From contig NZ_RAVX01000011.1 in the NCBI RefSeq assembly GCF_003611605.1, positions 132,811-196,810 of the forward strand: a stretch of 64,000 nucleotides of DNA. Direction: 5' to 3'. The position numbers and the translations under genes are program-made. Shown in pieces: positions 10,195 through 17,813 of the stretch. Positions within the stretch are counted from its first letter, which is position 1. Every line of letters starts with the position of its first letter. Below the pieces are notes generated by a model. It saw only the letters and a program-made list of their open reading frames with translations. It was not told the DNA's origin and did not search any database. Origin of the DNA: Corallococcus sp. AB011P (lineage in GTDB: Bacteria; Myxococcota; Myxococcia; Myxococcales; Myxococcaceae).

Positions 10195-10886
10195 GCAGGT
10201 CGGCCCTGGGGCACTGGCTGCTCATCCGCGACAGCCTGGATGGCTATGACCCGGAGAAGCTCATCCGGATGCTGCGAGAGTACCTGACGCCGCGCGTGCC
10301 CCCAGGGACGCGCAAGCTCACGGACGAGCAGCACGACACGATGGCGAAACACATCCAGCGGATGCTCAACCAGAACCTGGGGCCCTGGTACACGGAGACG
10401 GGGCTGTATCTGGGCAATGAGAGCTTCGGGGGCTACTGCTGGTGCCACCGTTTCTTCAGACAGAAGCCCACCCCGAACATGGGCGTGGAATACAACATCC
10501 AGCTCATCATCGACGCGCTGGAGCGGTCGCGCGAATGGCTGTTCAAGCTGGATGCCCACTTCCAGGCGCTGAAGCGGAACCTGCCCTCGGGCCCCGACGA
10601 CAATGACATCCGGACGCTGGCCCTGTCGGATGGAATCGTCACCACGATGAACCTCACCATGGACGCCACGGGCTGCGAGGAGTCCTGGTACACCTTCGCG
10701 GACGAGGCGCTGGCCTGGATGTTCGACGCCATCGAGCTGCGTCCGGGGTATCAGGCCGGAAAGCTGATGCGGAAGCTGTTCGCCTTCGAGTCCTGGCACT
10801 CGCCGCCCGAGGAGGAGCTGCGCGGCTCAGCGGAGCAGGTGGCGGCGGCCGTCGTGGAGGACGAGGGCCGCCGGCACACGCACTGA
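10191..10886 (+). CDS. Hypothetical protein, paralogue B of the tandem pair
   Basis: ATGA overlap with paralogue A. Same conserved motifs, including GGYCWCH and C.EE.WY. Confidence 0.6.
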   Translation: MSRSALGHWLLIRDSLDGYDPEKLIRMLREYLTPRVPPGTRKLTDEQHDTMAKHIQRMLNQNLGPWYTETGLYLGNESFGGYCWCHRFFRQKPTPNMGVEYNIQLIIDALERSREWLFKLDAHFQALKRNLPSGPDDNDIRTLALSDGIVTTMNLTMDATGCEESWYTFADEALAWMFDAIELRPGYQAGKLMRKLFAFESWHSPPEEELRGSAEQVAAAVVEDEGRRHTH

Positions 10887-10902
10887 CGCAGGCTCCCCTC
10901 CC

Positions 10903-11571
10903 TCAGTGGATGGGCTTCCCGCGCGTCATCCGGCGGGCCTGCTCGCGCGAGCCTCCCTTCACCTCGATGCGCTTGCCCTGGGGCAGCTCCTCCGGAAGCT
11001 TCAGGGAGATCTCCAGGACGCCGTTCTCGAAGTTCGCCTGGACCGACTCCGTGTCGATGCCTTCCGGAAGCGGAATGGCGCGGCGGAACAGCCCGGTGCT
11101 GCGCTCCAGGAGCCAGATGCCTTCGGCCTCCTCTTCCTCTTCCAGCTCGAAGGAGCGCTCGCCCTCGATGATGAGCAGGTCATCCAGCAGCTCGACGTTG
11201 ATGTCCTCCTGCCTCATTCCCGGCAGGTCGGCCCTCACGATGAGGCTTCCGTTCCGCTCCAGCACGTCCACCTGCGGTGACCAGAGGCCCTCGTCCAGCA
11301 CGCCGCTCCGGGCGGCGAGGCCCCGGCCTCCAATGCCGGTGAAGAGCTGGTCCATGTCCTCGATCATCCTGCCCAGCAGTCCGAACGGGCTCAGGGGCAC
11401 GGCTTCCCTGCCGATGCCGGGAGCAAGAGACTCGCGGCGGGAGATGCCAGCGCCCGTCCTGGGGTCTTGTCCCTCCGAGGTAGCGCCCGGCACTCCGGCC
11501 TGGGCTTTCTTCATGGCGTGCGAGGAGGAGGGCCCCCCCTGCGCGCCTGGGTTTCTGTTGTCGGTTGCCAT
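10903..11571 (-). CDS. Small heat-shock protein, Hsp20/alpha-crystallin family
   Basis: Alpha-crystallin domain (WSPQVDVLE...LIVRADLPGM...FRRAIPLPEGID...NGVLEISL). Start chosen at MATDN, with GGGGAAGGA upstream. The ORF extends to 11631. Confidence 0.8.
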   Translation of the reverse strand: MATDNRNPGAQGGPSSSHAMKKAQAGVPGATSEGQDPRTGAGISRRESLAPGIGREAVPLSPFGLLGRMIEDMDQLFTGIGGRGLAARSGVLDEGLWSPQVDVLERNGSLIVRADLPGMRQEDINVELLDDLLIIEGERSFELEEEEEAEGIWLLERSTGLFRRAIPLPEGIDTESVQANFENGVLEISLKLPEELPQGKRIEVKGGSREQARRMTRGKPIH

Positions 11572-11725
11572 GACGTCCTTCCCCGGTGGAGCCGGCTGGC
11601 GCCCGGCCGCCGGACCGCACCGGTCACTCAAGCGGGGATGGAATCATCCCGACCCAAACCTGGAGGTGCGCGGCGGGCCCATCAAGGGTCCGGGGCCACG
11701 CGGTCCGGCGTTCACGGGAGCCTCG

Positions 11726-12613
11726 CTACGCAAGCAGCGTGGCGTCCATCACGGTGAGGGCCACTCCGCCGACGCGGGCGCGCTCGATGTGGCCTGGCCG
11801 GCCGGTGACCTGGATGTCGATGCGGCCCGGCTTGCCGAGCGTGTCACCCTGTTCGATGCGGCTCGACACCGTGCCGCCGTGCTCCGGGAGGCGAAGGCTC
11901 CCGTGCTCGGCGAGGTAGGCCGCGAGCGGTCCCGCGGCGGAGCCCGTCACGGGGTCCTCCAGGATGCCGAACCCCGGGACGAAGTAGCGCGCCTGGGCCA
12001 CGCTCCCCTCCTCCTTCGCTTCGCGGGTGAAGAGGTAGACGCCGCGCATGCCGTGCGGCATCAGCAGCGCGTTCATCGCCGCGCCTCGCGGCGTCAGGGC
12101 CTCCAGGTCCGCGAGCCGCCGGAGGGGCACCACCAGCCGGTGGCCCTGGCGGATCACCGGCAGCGACGGGTCCACCTGTGACGCCGTCCCGCCCAGCGTG
12201 GCCATCAGCGCGTCCAGCGCCACGGGGTTGGGCTGCGCGGGCGGCGGGGGCGTGGCGATCCACACCCGCGACCCGTGCGCCCCCTGGGGCTCCAGCTCGA
12301 TGTCGAACGTGCCGCCGGGGCACTCCAGCGTGTACGTCCCCGGGCTTCGCAGGAGCCCCTTCTCCGCGAGCAGGTGGAAGGTGGCCACCGTGGCGTGGCC
12401 GCAGAAGGGAATCTCGTCCACGGGCGTGAAGTAGCGCAGGCGCACGGTGGCGTCGCCGGGCCGGGACAGCAGGAACGCGGTCTCCGACGCGCTGACGGCC
12501 GCGGCGGTCCGCTGCATCGTGGGGACCTCCAGCGCCGAGGCGTCGAGCACCACGCCCGCGCGGTTTCCTGCACCGGCGGTGCGGGTGAAGGCATCGATGA
12601 TGTGAACCTGCAT
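11726..12613 (-). CDS. PhzF-family phenazine-biosynthesis-like isomerase
   Basis: PhzF/DapF-like fold signatures (MQVHIIDAFT..GNRAGVV, ETAFL). 295 aa, typical size. Confidence 0.7.
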   Translation of the reverse strand: MQVHIIDAFTRTAGAGNRAGVVLDASALEVPTMQRTAAAVSASETAFLLSRPGDATVRLRYFTPVDEIPFCGHATVATFHLLAEKGLLRSPGTYTLECPGGTFDIELEPQGAHGSRVWIATPPPPAQPNPVALDALMATLGGTASQVDPSLPVIRQGHRLVVPLRRLADLEALTPRGAAMNALLMPHGMRGVYLFTREAKEEGSVAQARYFVPGFGILEDPVTGSAAGPLAAYLAEHGSLRLPEHGGTVSSRIEQGDTLGKPGRIDIQVTGRPGHIERARVGGVALTVMDATLLA

Positions 12614-12755
12614 GGACGGACTCCGGACGGGGCAAGGGCCTGGGAAACGGCGCAGGCATGCTCCGCTCCACCGTTGGCGTCAAGCGCTGGGCCGACGCAC
12701 AGGCCCCCCACAACAGGGTTGAACGGGAGCGCCCGAGCAGGCACAGCAGTGGTGC

Positions 12756-13532
12756 ATGGGTCTCCTGAAACCAGGTGGGTGGGTGGTGCTGGTGGTGTTG
12801 CTCCACACGAGCGGCGCGGCGGCACAGATCGTCAACGTACAGGCGCTCTTCGACGAGAAGGCGGAGCCGGGGCCGGCCGCGGCCATCGAGCTGGGAGGCG
12901 ACTGGCGAACGGGCAGCACGGAGCTGTTCTCCATCCGCGGCTCCCTGGTGGGCCAGCTGCGCTCCGAGCGCGGCGTCTGGCTGGGCGTCATCCGAGGTGA
13001 GTATTCGTTCGCCAGTGGCGAGCGCATCGTCAGCCAGGTGCTGGAGCACGTGCGCTACCGGCGCTGGTTCACCGACGTGCTGTCGGGAGAGGTATTCGCC
13101 CAGCATGAATACAACGAGTTCCGCAGGCTCCAGCTCCGTGCCCTGCTGGGCGCGGGTCCGCGCTTCGTCCTGCTCAACGAGGACCGCCTGGGGTTCACCT
13201 TCGGGGTGGCTTTGATGCTGGAGTACGAGCGGCTGCGCAAGGACGGCGAGCCGGACGCGGGAGACCGCTACATGGACCCGCGAGTCTCCAGCTATCTGCT
13301 GGGCCGGGTGAAGCTGATGGAGAACATCAACCTCGTGGAGACGGTCTACTTCCAGCCGCGAGTCACCCGCCCCTCCGACCTGCGCGTGCTCAACGAGACC
13401 ATCTTCGCGGTGACGCCCAATCCCCGCGTCACGGTGGGCATCGGCTTCAACCTCACCTACGACAGCGCGCCGCCCGCGACGGTGCCAGCGCTGGACACGC
13501 AGCTGCGCACCACGGTGGGCGTGAAACTTTGA
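12756..13532 (+). CDS. Outer-membrane beta-barrel protein, DUF481/YdiY-like
   Basis: N-terminal signal peptide, alternating amphipathic beta-strand pattern, C-terminal aromatic residue. Family call is tentative. Confidence 0.5.
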   Translation: MGLLKPGGWVVLVVLLHTSGAAAQIVNVQALFDEKAEPGPAAAIELGGDWRTGSTELFSIRGSLVGQLRSERGVWLGVIRGEYSFASGERIVSQVLEHVRYRRWFTDVLSGEVFAQHEYNEFRRLQLRALLGAGPRFVLLNEDRLGFTFGVALMLEYERLRKDGEPDAGDRYMDPRVSSYLLGRVKLMENINLVETVYFQPRVTRPSDLRVLNETIFAVTPNPRVTVGIGFNLTYDSAPPATVPALDTQLRTTVGVKL

Positions 13533-13942
13533 GTGGGTGGCAAGCAGCGCGTTGACGAATCCAGCGCGGGAGCAAGGCTCGGGAGGACGCATCTTCTCCA
13601 GCGTCAACGACTCATCCACGGTGACCGCGCGCGTATTGCGCCTGGGGGGCTGCACCATCAAGCCCCGCGCCGCCAGCCACCGCAGCGCCTCGCGCGCTGT
13701 GGCCCGGCATGCTCCATAGAGACGCGCCAGCTTCGCTTCCGAGCCGAACTGCGCGCGGGCCGGCAGTCCCCCCAGCGACAACCCACGCTCGAACTGCTCC
13801 CCCACAAACGCCACGAGCCCCACCATCACCATCCCCTCCTCGTCCCAGCGTCGCCATCCAACCACAGGGGTCTGACATGGGCGCGAGGCACACCCTTCGC
13901 GTCGCCCGCCGGGCCAGTGCGGCCCCGGGCCGCATGCGTCGA

Positions 13943-13969
13943 AAACCTGTCCGACTGTCGGACAGGTTT
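13943..13969. repeat. 27-bp perfect palindrome AAACCTGTCCGACTGTCGGACAGGTTT (copy 1)
   Basis: Seen directly. The same 27-mer recurs at 14086, 54587, 54697 and 54807. Followed by the conserved GGAGGGAACCGGGCCCGGGCGGG. Confidence 0.9.
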
Positions 13970-14085
13970 GGAGGGAACCGGGCCCGGGCGGGTGCCCCTG
14001 TCCGAGCCCTCACCTGGTGGAGTTCGCGCACGCATGACGATGCGGATCCGAAGGGCCGCCGCGCCCCCAGGCCTCGTGTGGCGGA

Positions 14086-14112
14086 AACCTGTCCGACTGT
14101 CGGACAGGTTTG
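14086..14112. repeat. 27-bp perfect palindrome (copy 2), with the same 3' flank as copy 1
   Basis: Seen directly, 143 bp downstream of copy 1, in the 755-bp non-coding gap upstream of proC. Confidence 0.9.
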
Positions 14113-14287
14113 GAGGGAACCGGGCCCGGGCGGGCGCATCGGTTCGTGGGTCCGCATTTCCGTCCGCTCCCGCATCCCGTCGAGCTCCATTGCTGCGCCC
14201 AGCCAAGGCGCGCGCCGTCGCGGAGAACACCGGGTCACGGCCTCTGTTGAGAACTCCGGGCTGCCCACTTGAGGTTAGGCTTCAGCG

Positions 14288-15139
14288 ATGGCGTCCCATT
14301 CCATCCCCGCCCCCGTCGTCCTCCTGGGCGGCGGCAAGATCGCTGAAGCCCTCATCCTGGGATTGTTGCGGTCCGGCCACGTGCGTTCGTCGGACCTTCG
14401 CGTCACGGTGCGCCGGCCCGAGCGCGGGGAGGAGCTGCGCTCCCGGCATGGCGTGCACGTCCTCATGGACAACGCGCAGGCGGTGCGGGGCGCGGGGGTG
14501 ATCCTGCTGGCCGTGCGGCAGGCGCAGCTGCGGGAGCTGATGGCGGTCATCTCGCCTGCCCTGGAACCGGGGCAGACCGTGGTGTCGCTCTCCGCGGACT
14601 TGCGACTCGCGCAGTTGGAAGCGGCGTTGCCCTCCTGCGTCTCTGTCATCCGCGCCCTGCCCCATACACCCGTGCGCGTGGGAGCAGGCGTGACGCCCCT
14701 GACGGCCGGGACCCGGGCGACGGAGACCGCGAGGCAAGCCACCGAGTCCGTCTTCGCCGCGACGGGACGGCCGATGTGGATGACCGAGGAAGCACTCACG
14801 GTCTGCACGGGCGTGTGCGGCACGGGCCCCGCGTATGTCTTCCGCTTCGTGGAGACCCTGGCCCAGGCCGCCATGGCGCACGGGATGGACGCGGCGGAAG
14901 CGGCGGCGCTCGCGAAGGAAACGCTCATTGGCGCGGCGAAGCTGCTGGCCGAACCCGGCGCCACCACCCCTCGCCTCATCACGGAGATCGCGACCCCGGG
15001 AGGCATCACCGAGGCGGGGCTGAAGGCGATGGACGCCCACGGTCTGCCGCGCGTCGTGGGCGAAGCGGTCTCCGTCGCCATCCAGCGCACCCGGGAGCGC
15101 GCGGACACAAACGCCGCGGCCTACAGCACGCCGAAGTGA
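14288..15139 (+). CDS. proC: Pyrroline-5-carboxylate reductase
   Basis: Rossmann N-terminus (VVLLGGGKIAEALILGL) and ProC C-terminal dimerisation domain (GTGPAYVF...TTPGGITEAGL). Confidence 0.85.
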   Translation: MASHSIPAPVVLLGGGKIAEALILGLLRSGHVRSSDLRVTVRRPERGEELRSRHGVHVLMDNAQAVRGAGVILLAVRQAQLRELMAVISPALEPGQTVVSLSADLRLAQLEAALPSCVSVIRALPHTPVRVGAGVTPLTAGTRATETARQATESVFAATGRPMWMTEEALTVCTGVCGTGPAYVFRFVETLAQAAMAHGMDAAEAAALAKETLIGAAKLLAEPGATTPRLITEIATPGGITEAGLKAMDAHGLPRVVGEAVSVAIQRTRERADTNAAAYSTPK

Positions 15140-15804
15140 CGCTTGAGCCCCCGCTGGCCTCCGGGCGTGACGATGAGGCCGCGCGAGTCAGGCTGACGTT
15201 CCACCCACCCCAATGAGAACACCCGGGCCGCGAGCGCCGCGCCCAGCGCCCCCGCGAGGTGGTCTCGCCGCTCGCTCCAGTCCAGGCACCGGTGGGCGAA
15301 GTGGCGCCGCTGCTCGCGCACGGGCGCCAGGTCGATGCCGAAGTCCTGGAACCACGCCTCGCCGCTTGGGGTGAGCGCGAACGCGCGTCTGCGAAGGGAC
15401 AGGTGCCCGGCCCGCAGGAGCGCGTCGGTGATGCCCATGCCCAATCTGCCCGCCAGATGGTCGTAGCAGTAGCGCGCGGCCCGCAGGGGTTCCGGAGTCG
15501 CTGACACACGGGGCCCCCGGACCGCCACGGTCATCAGCGCTTCCACCATCCGCGCCACGGTGGGCGTGGCGATCCGGAACACCTTGTTGCGCCCCTGCCG
15601 GGTGGCGCGGACCAGCCGGGCCTGCTCCAACCGCTGGAGGTGCGCGGTCGCCGTCGCGGGGCTGACGCCCGTACCGAACGCGAACTCCTTCGCGACGAGC
15701 GCCCGCCCCTCCATGAGCAGCTCCAGCATCCGGATCCGCGTGGCGTCCCCCACGGCCGTGGCCAGCGTCGCGAGGTCCGGTCCTGCATTCATCGTTCGCT
15801 CCAT
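15121..15804 (-). CDS. ArsR-family transcriptional regulator with a C-terminal extension
   Basis: Winged HTH (RIRMLELLMEGRALVAKEFAFGTGVSPATATAHLQRLEQARLV). Start taken at MERTMNAG. Divergent from the P450 gene. Confidence 0.7.
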   Translation of the reverse strand: MERTMNAGPDLATLATAVGDATRIRMLELLMEGRALVAKEFAFGTGVSPATATAHLQRLEQARLVRATRQGRNKVFRIATPTVARMVEALMTVAVRGPRVSATPEPLRAARYCYDHLAGRLGMGITDALLRAGHLSLRRRAFALTPSGEAWFQDFGIDLAPVREQRRHFAHRCLDWSERRDHLAGALGAALAARVFSLGWVERQPDSRGLIVTPGGQRGLKRHFGVL

Positions 15805-15867
15805 GACGAACCATTTCCTAGCACACGGACATGGCAACGGCAGCAGAGTGCCCGGCAACGAGGACCG

Positions 15868-16989
15868 ATGACACCGCCCACCGACCCGTATCAAGCCGTC
15901 ACCCATCCCGACCCGTACCCCTACTACGCGGAGCTTCGAGCCCGGGGCGGCCTGCACCGCGTCCCCGGCTTCGGGCCATGGATCGCGGCGGATGCGGCCA
16001 CCGTCCGCGCGGTGCTCACGAGCGAGCACTGCCGGGTCCGGCCACGGTCGGAGCCGGTGCCTCCGCATCTGGTGGGCACCGCCGCCGGGGCCCTCTTTGG
16101 ACGGCTGGTGCGGATGAACGATGGAGGCCCCTACCCCGCCGTGAAGCAGACACTTTCAAGTGCACTGCCGTTGGCGCCTCGGGAGGTCGAAGCAGAGAGC
16201 CGCCGCTGGGCGGCACGGCTGTTCGCAGCGCCCTCGCTGTCACGGTTGCCGGACGCCGCCCTCCAGCTTCCCGTGTTCGTGCTGGGGTCACTGCTGGGCT
16301 TCCCGGAAGACACGCTGGAGGCGAGCGTGCGGGACGTGGATGCCTATGTCCGCTCGGTCGCCGGGCCCCCTGCTGACAGCGAGGGTGCGGCGAGGCTGCA
16401 CGAACGCGTGGCGGCCTGTTTCCAGTCCACGGCGAGGACCGCGTTCACGGCCCGGCTCATGGAAGGCCACGGCTCGGAGGACCTGCGCATTCCCAACACC
16501 GTGGGCCTGCTCACCCAGGCGTATGAAGCGACGGCCGGCCTTCTGGGCGCGACGCTGCGGGCCTTCTCTCGCATGCCCGAGCTGCGTGAACAGCTCTCAC
16601 GGGGCGCGTGCACGATGGACGACGTGGTCCAGGAAGCGGCTCGTCACGACTCCCCAGTCCAGAACACGCGACGCTTCACCCATGCCGCCGCGACCGTCGC
16701 GGGTCAGACGCTGGATGCCGACGCGACCGTGGTCGTCGTGCTCGCCGCCGCGAATCGGGATCCGCTGGAGAATCCCCAGCCCGACGCCTTCCTGCCAGGG
16801 CGCGCGGGGCGCCAGACCTTCACCTTCGGCCTGGGCTCGCATGCCTGTCCTGGGCCCTTGCTCGCGACGACGATGGCCACGGCGGCGGCGGCGTGTGTGC
16901 TCGCGAGCGGCCTGGACCTGTCGCCGCTGTCGGGCCCCGTCACCTGGCGTGCTTCCACCAACACCCGCGTCCTGGGAGGACTGGAATGA
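15868..16989 (+). CDS. Cytochrome P450 (374 aa)
   Basis: Haem-binding loop FGLGSHACPG (FxxGxHxCxG). EAARHDSPV (ExxR region). Confidence 0.8.
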   Translation: MTPPTDPYQAVTHPDPYPYYAELRARGGLHRVPGFGPWIAADAATVRAVLTSEHCRVRPRSEPVPPHLVGTAAGALFGRLVRMNDGGPYPAVKQTLSSALPLAPREVEAESRRWAARLFAAPSLSRLPDAALQLPVFVLGSLLGFPEDTLEASVRDVDAYVRSVAGPPADSEGAARLHERVAACFQSTARTAFTARLMEGHGSEDLRIPNTVGLLTQAYEATAGLLGATLRAFSRMPELREQLSRGACTMDDVVQEAARHDSPVQNTRRFTHAAATVAGQTLDADATVVVVLAAANRDPLENPQPDAFLPGRAGRQTFTFGLGSHACPGPLLATTMATAAAACVLASGLDLSPLSGPVTWRASTNTRVLGGLE

Positions 16990-17330
16990 TTGCTGTCATC
17001 TTCGAGGTCTGGGCACACGAGTCGCATCGGCAGCGGTACCTGGACCTCGCGGCGGAGCTGCGGCCCCTGCTGGCGGACATCGACGGCTTCATCTCCATCG
17101 AGCGCTTCCAGAGTCTCAGCGCACCGGGGAAGCTGCTGTCCCTGTCCTACTGGCGCGACGAGGCAGCGGTGGCGGAATGGCGGCGCCAGGAGGCCCACCG
17201 TGAAGCCCAGCGCGAAGGCCGGGGAGGCGTGTTCAGCGACTACCGCCTGCGGGTGGCGCACGTCGTGCGGGATTACGGTCTGAAGGACCGGGCGGCCGTG
17301 CCCGCTGACAGTCGCTCCGTGCACGGCTGA
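16986..17330 (+). CDS. ABM-domain monooxygenase, translationally coupled to the P450
   Basis: ATGA overlap with the P450 stop. ABM pattern (MIAVIFEVWA...ISIERFQS...LSLSYWRDEAAVAEW). Confidence 0.65.
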   Translation: MIAVIFEVWAHESHRQRYLDLAAELRPLLADIDGFISIERFQSLSAPGKLLSLSYWRDEAAVAEWRRQEAHREAQREGRGGVFSDYRLRVAHVVRDYGLKDRAAVPADSRSVHG

Positions 17331-17413
17331 AGCGGCCGGCGCACGGCGGCTGTCTTCCCGCCCGTCCCTCCCATGCGGGCCATGACTCCCCCACCTTCTA
17401 TAGGGGGTGAACG

Positions 17414-17812
17414 ATGAAGCGAGGCCAATGGAGACGTTGCTGGGGGCTGGCTGCCGCGCTGCTCGGGCTTCCGGCGGCGGGGCAACTCGAAGGCCCTCCC
17501 GAGGGTGCGCCGCAATACTCCTGCTTCGAAGCGGCGCGCCAGGGCGGCTCGGTGACGGCGAGCATCGCGGCACAGCTCTGCCAGGGTGCCCGTTCCGACT
17601 CCCCGGCACGGTGCTTCCACCGGGTCCAGGAGGGAGGCTTCCTCGCCGACCCGCAGGCGCTCCAGCTCTGCCAATACGCCACGCCCTCGGATGATCCCGC
17701 GTCCTGCTTCCTCAAGGCGCGGGCCTCCTCGTTCGTGGAAGAGACACAGCTCCTGCAACTCTGCCGCCCCCCCATCGCGGAGATTTTGAACCTGTGTCCC
17801 TACGGTCCGTGA
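17414..17812 (+). CDS. Secreted cysteine-rich protein with four about 27-aa repeats (C...QLCQ....P..CF)
   Basis: Signal peptide, RBS AGGGGGTGAACG before the ATG, and four internal repeats each carrying two conserved Cys. Confidence 0.55.
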   Translation: MKRGQWRRCWGLAAALLGLPAAGQLEGPPEGAPQYSCFEAARQGGSVTASIAAQLCQGARSDSPARCFHRVQEGGFLADPQALQLCQYATPSDDPASCFLKARASSFVEETQLLQLCRPPIAEILNLCPYGP

Positions 17813-17813
17813 G

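Noticed and set aside
13533-14501. 322-aa ORF across the DUF481-proC intergenic region
   Set aside because: It spans the two palindromic repeat copies and the proC start. The translation is low-complexity, with no RBS or domain.
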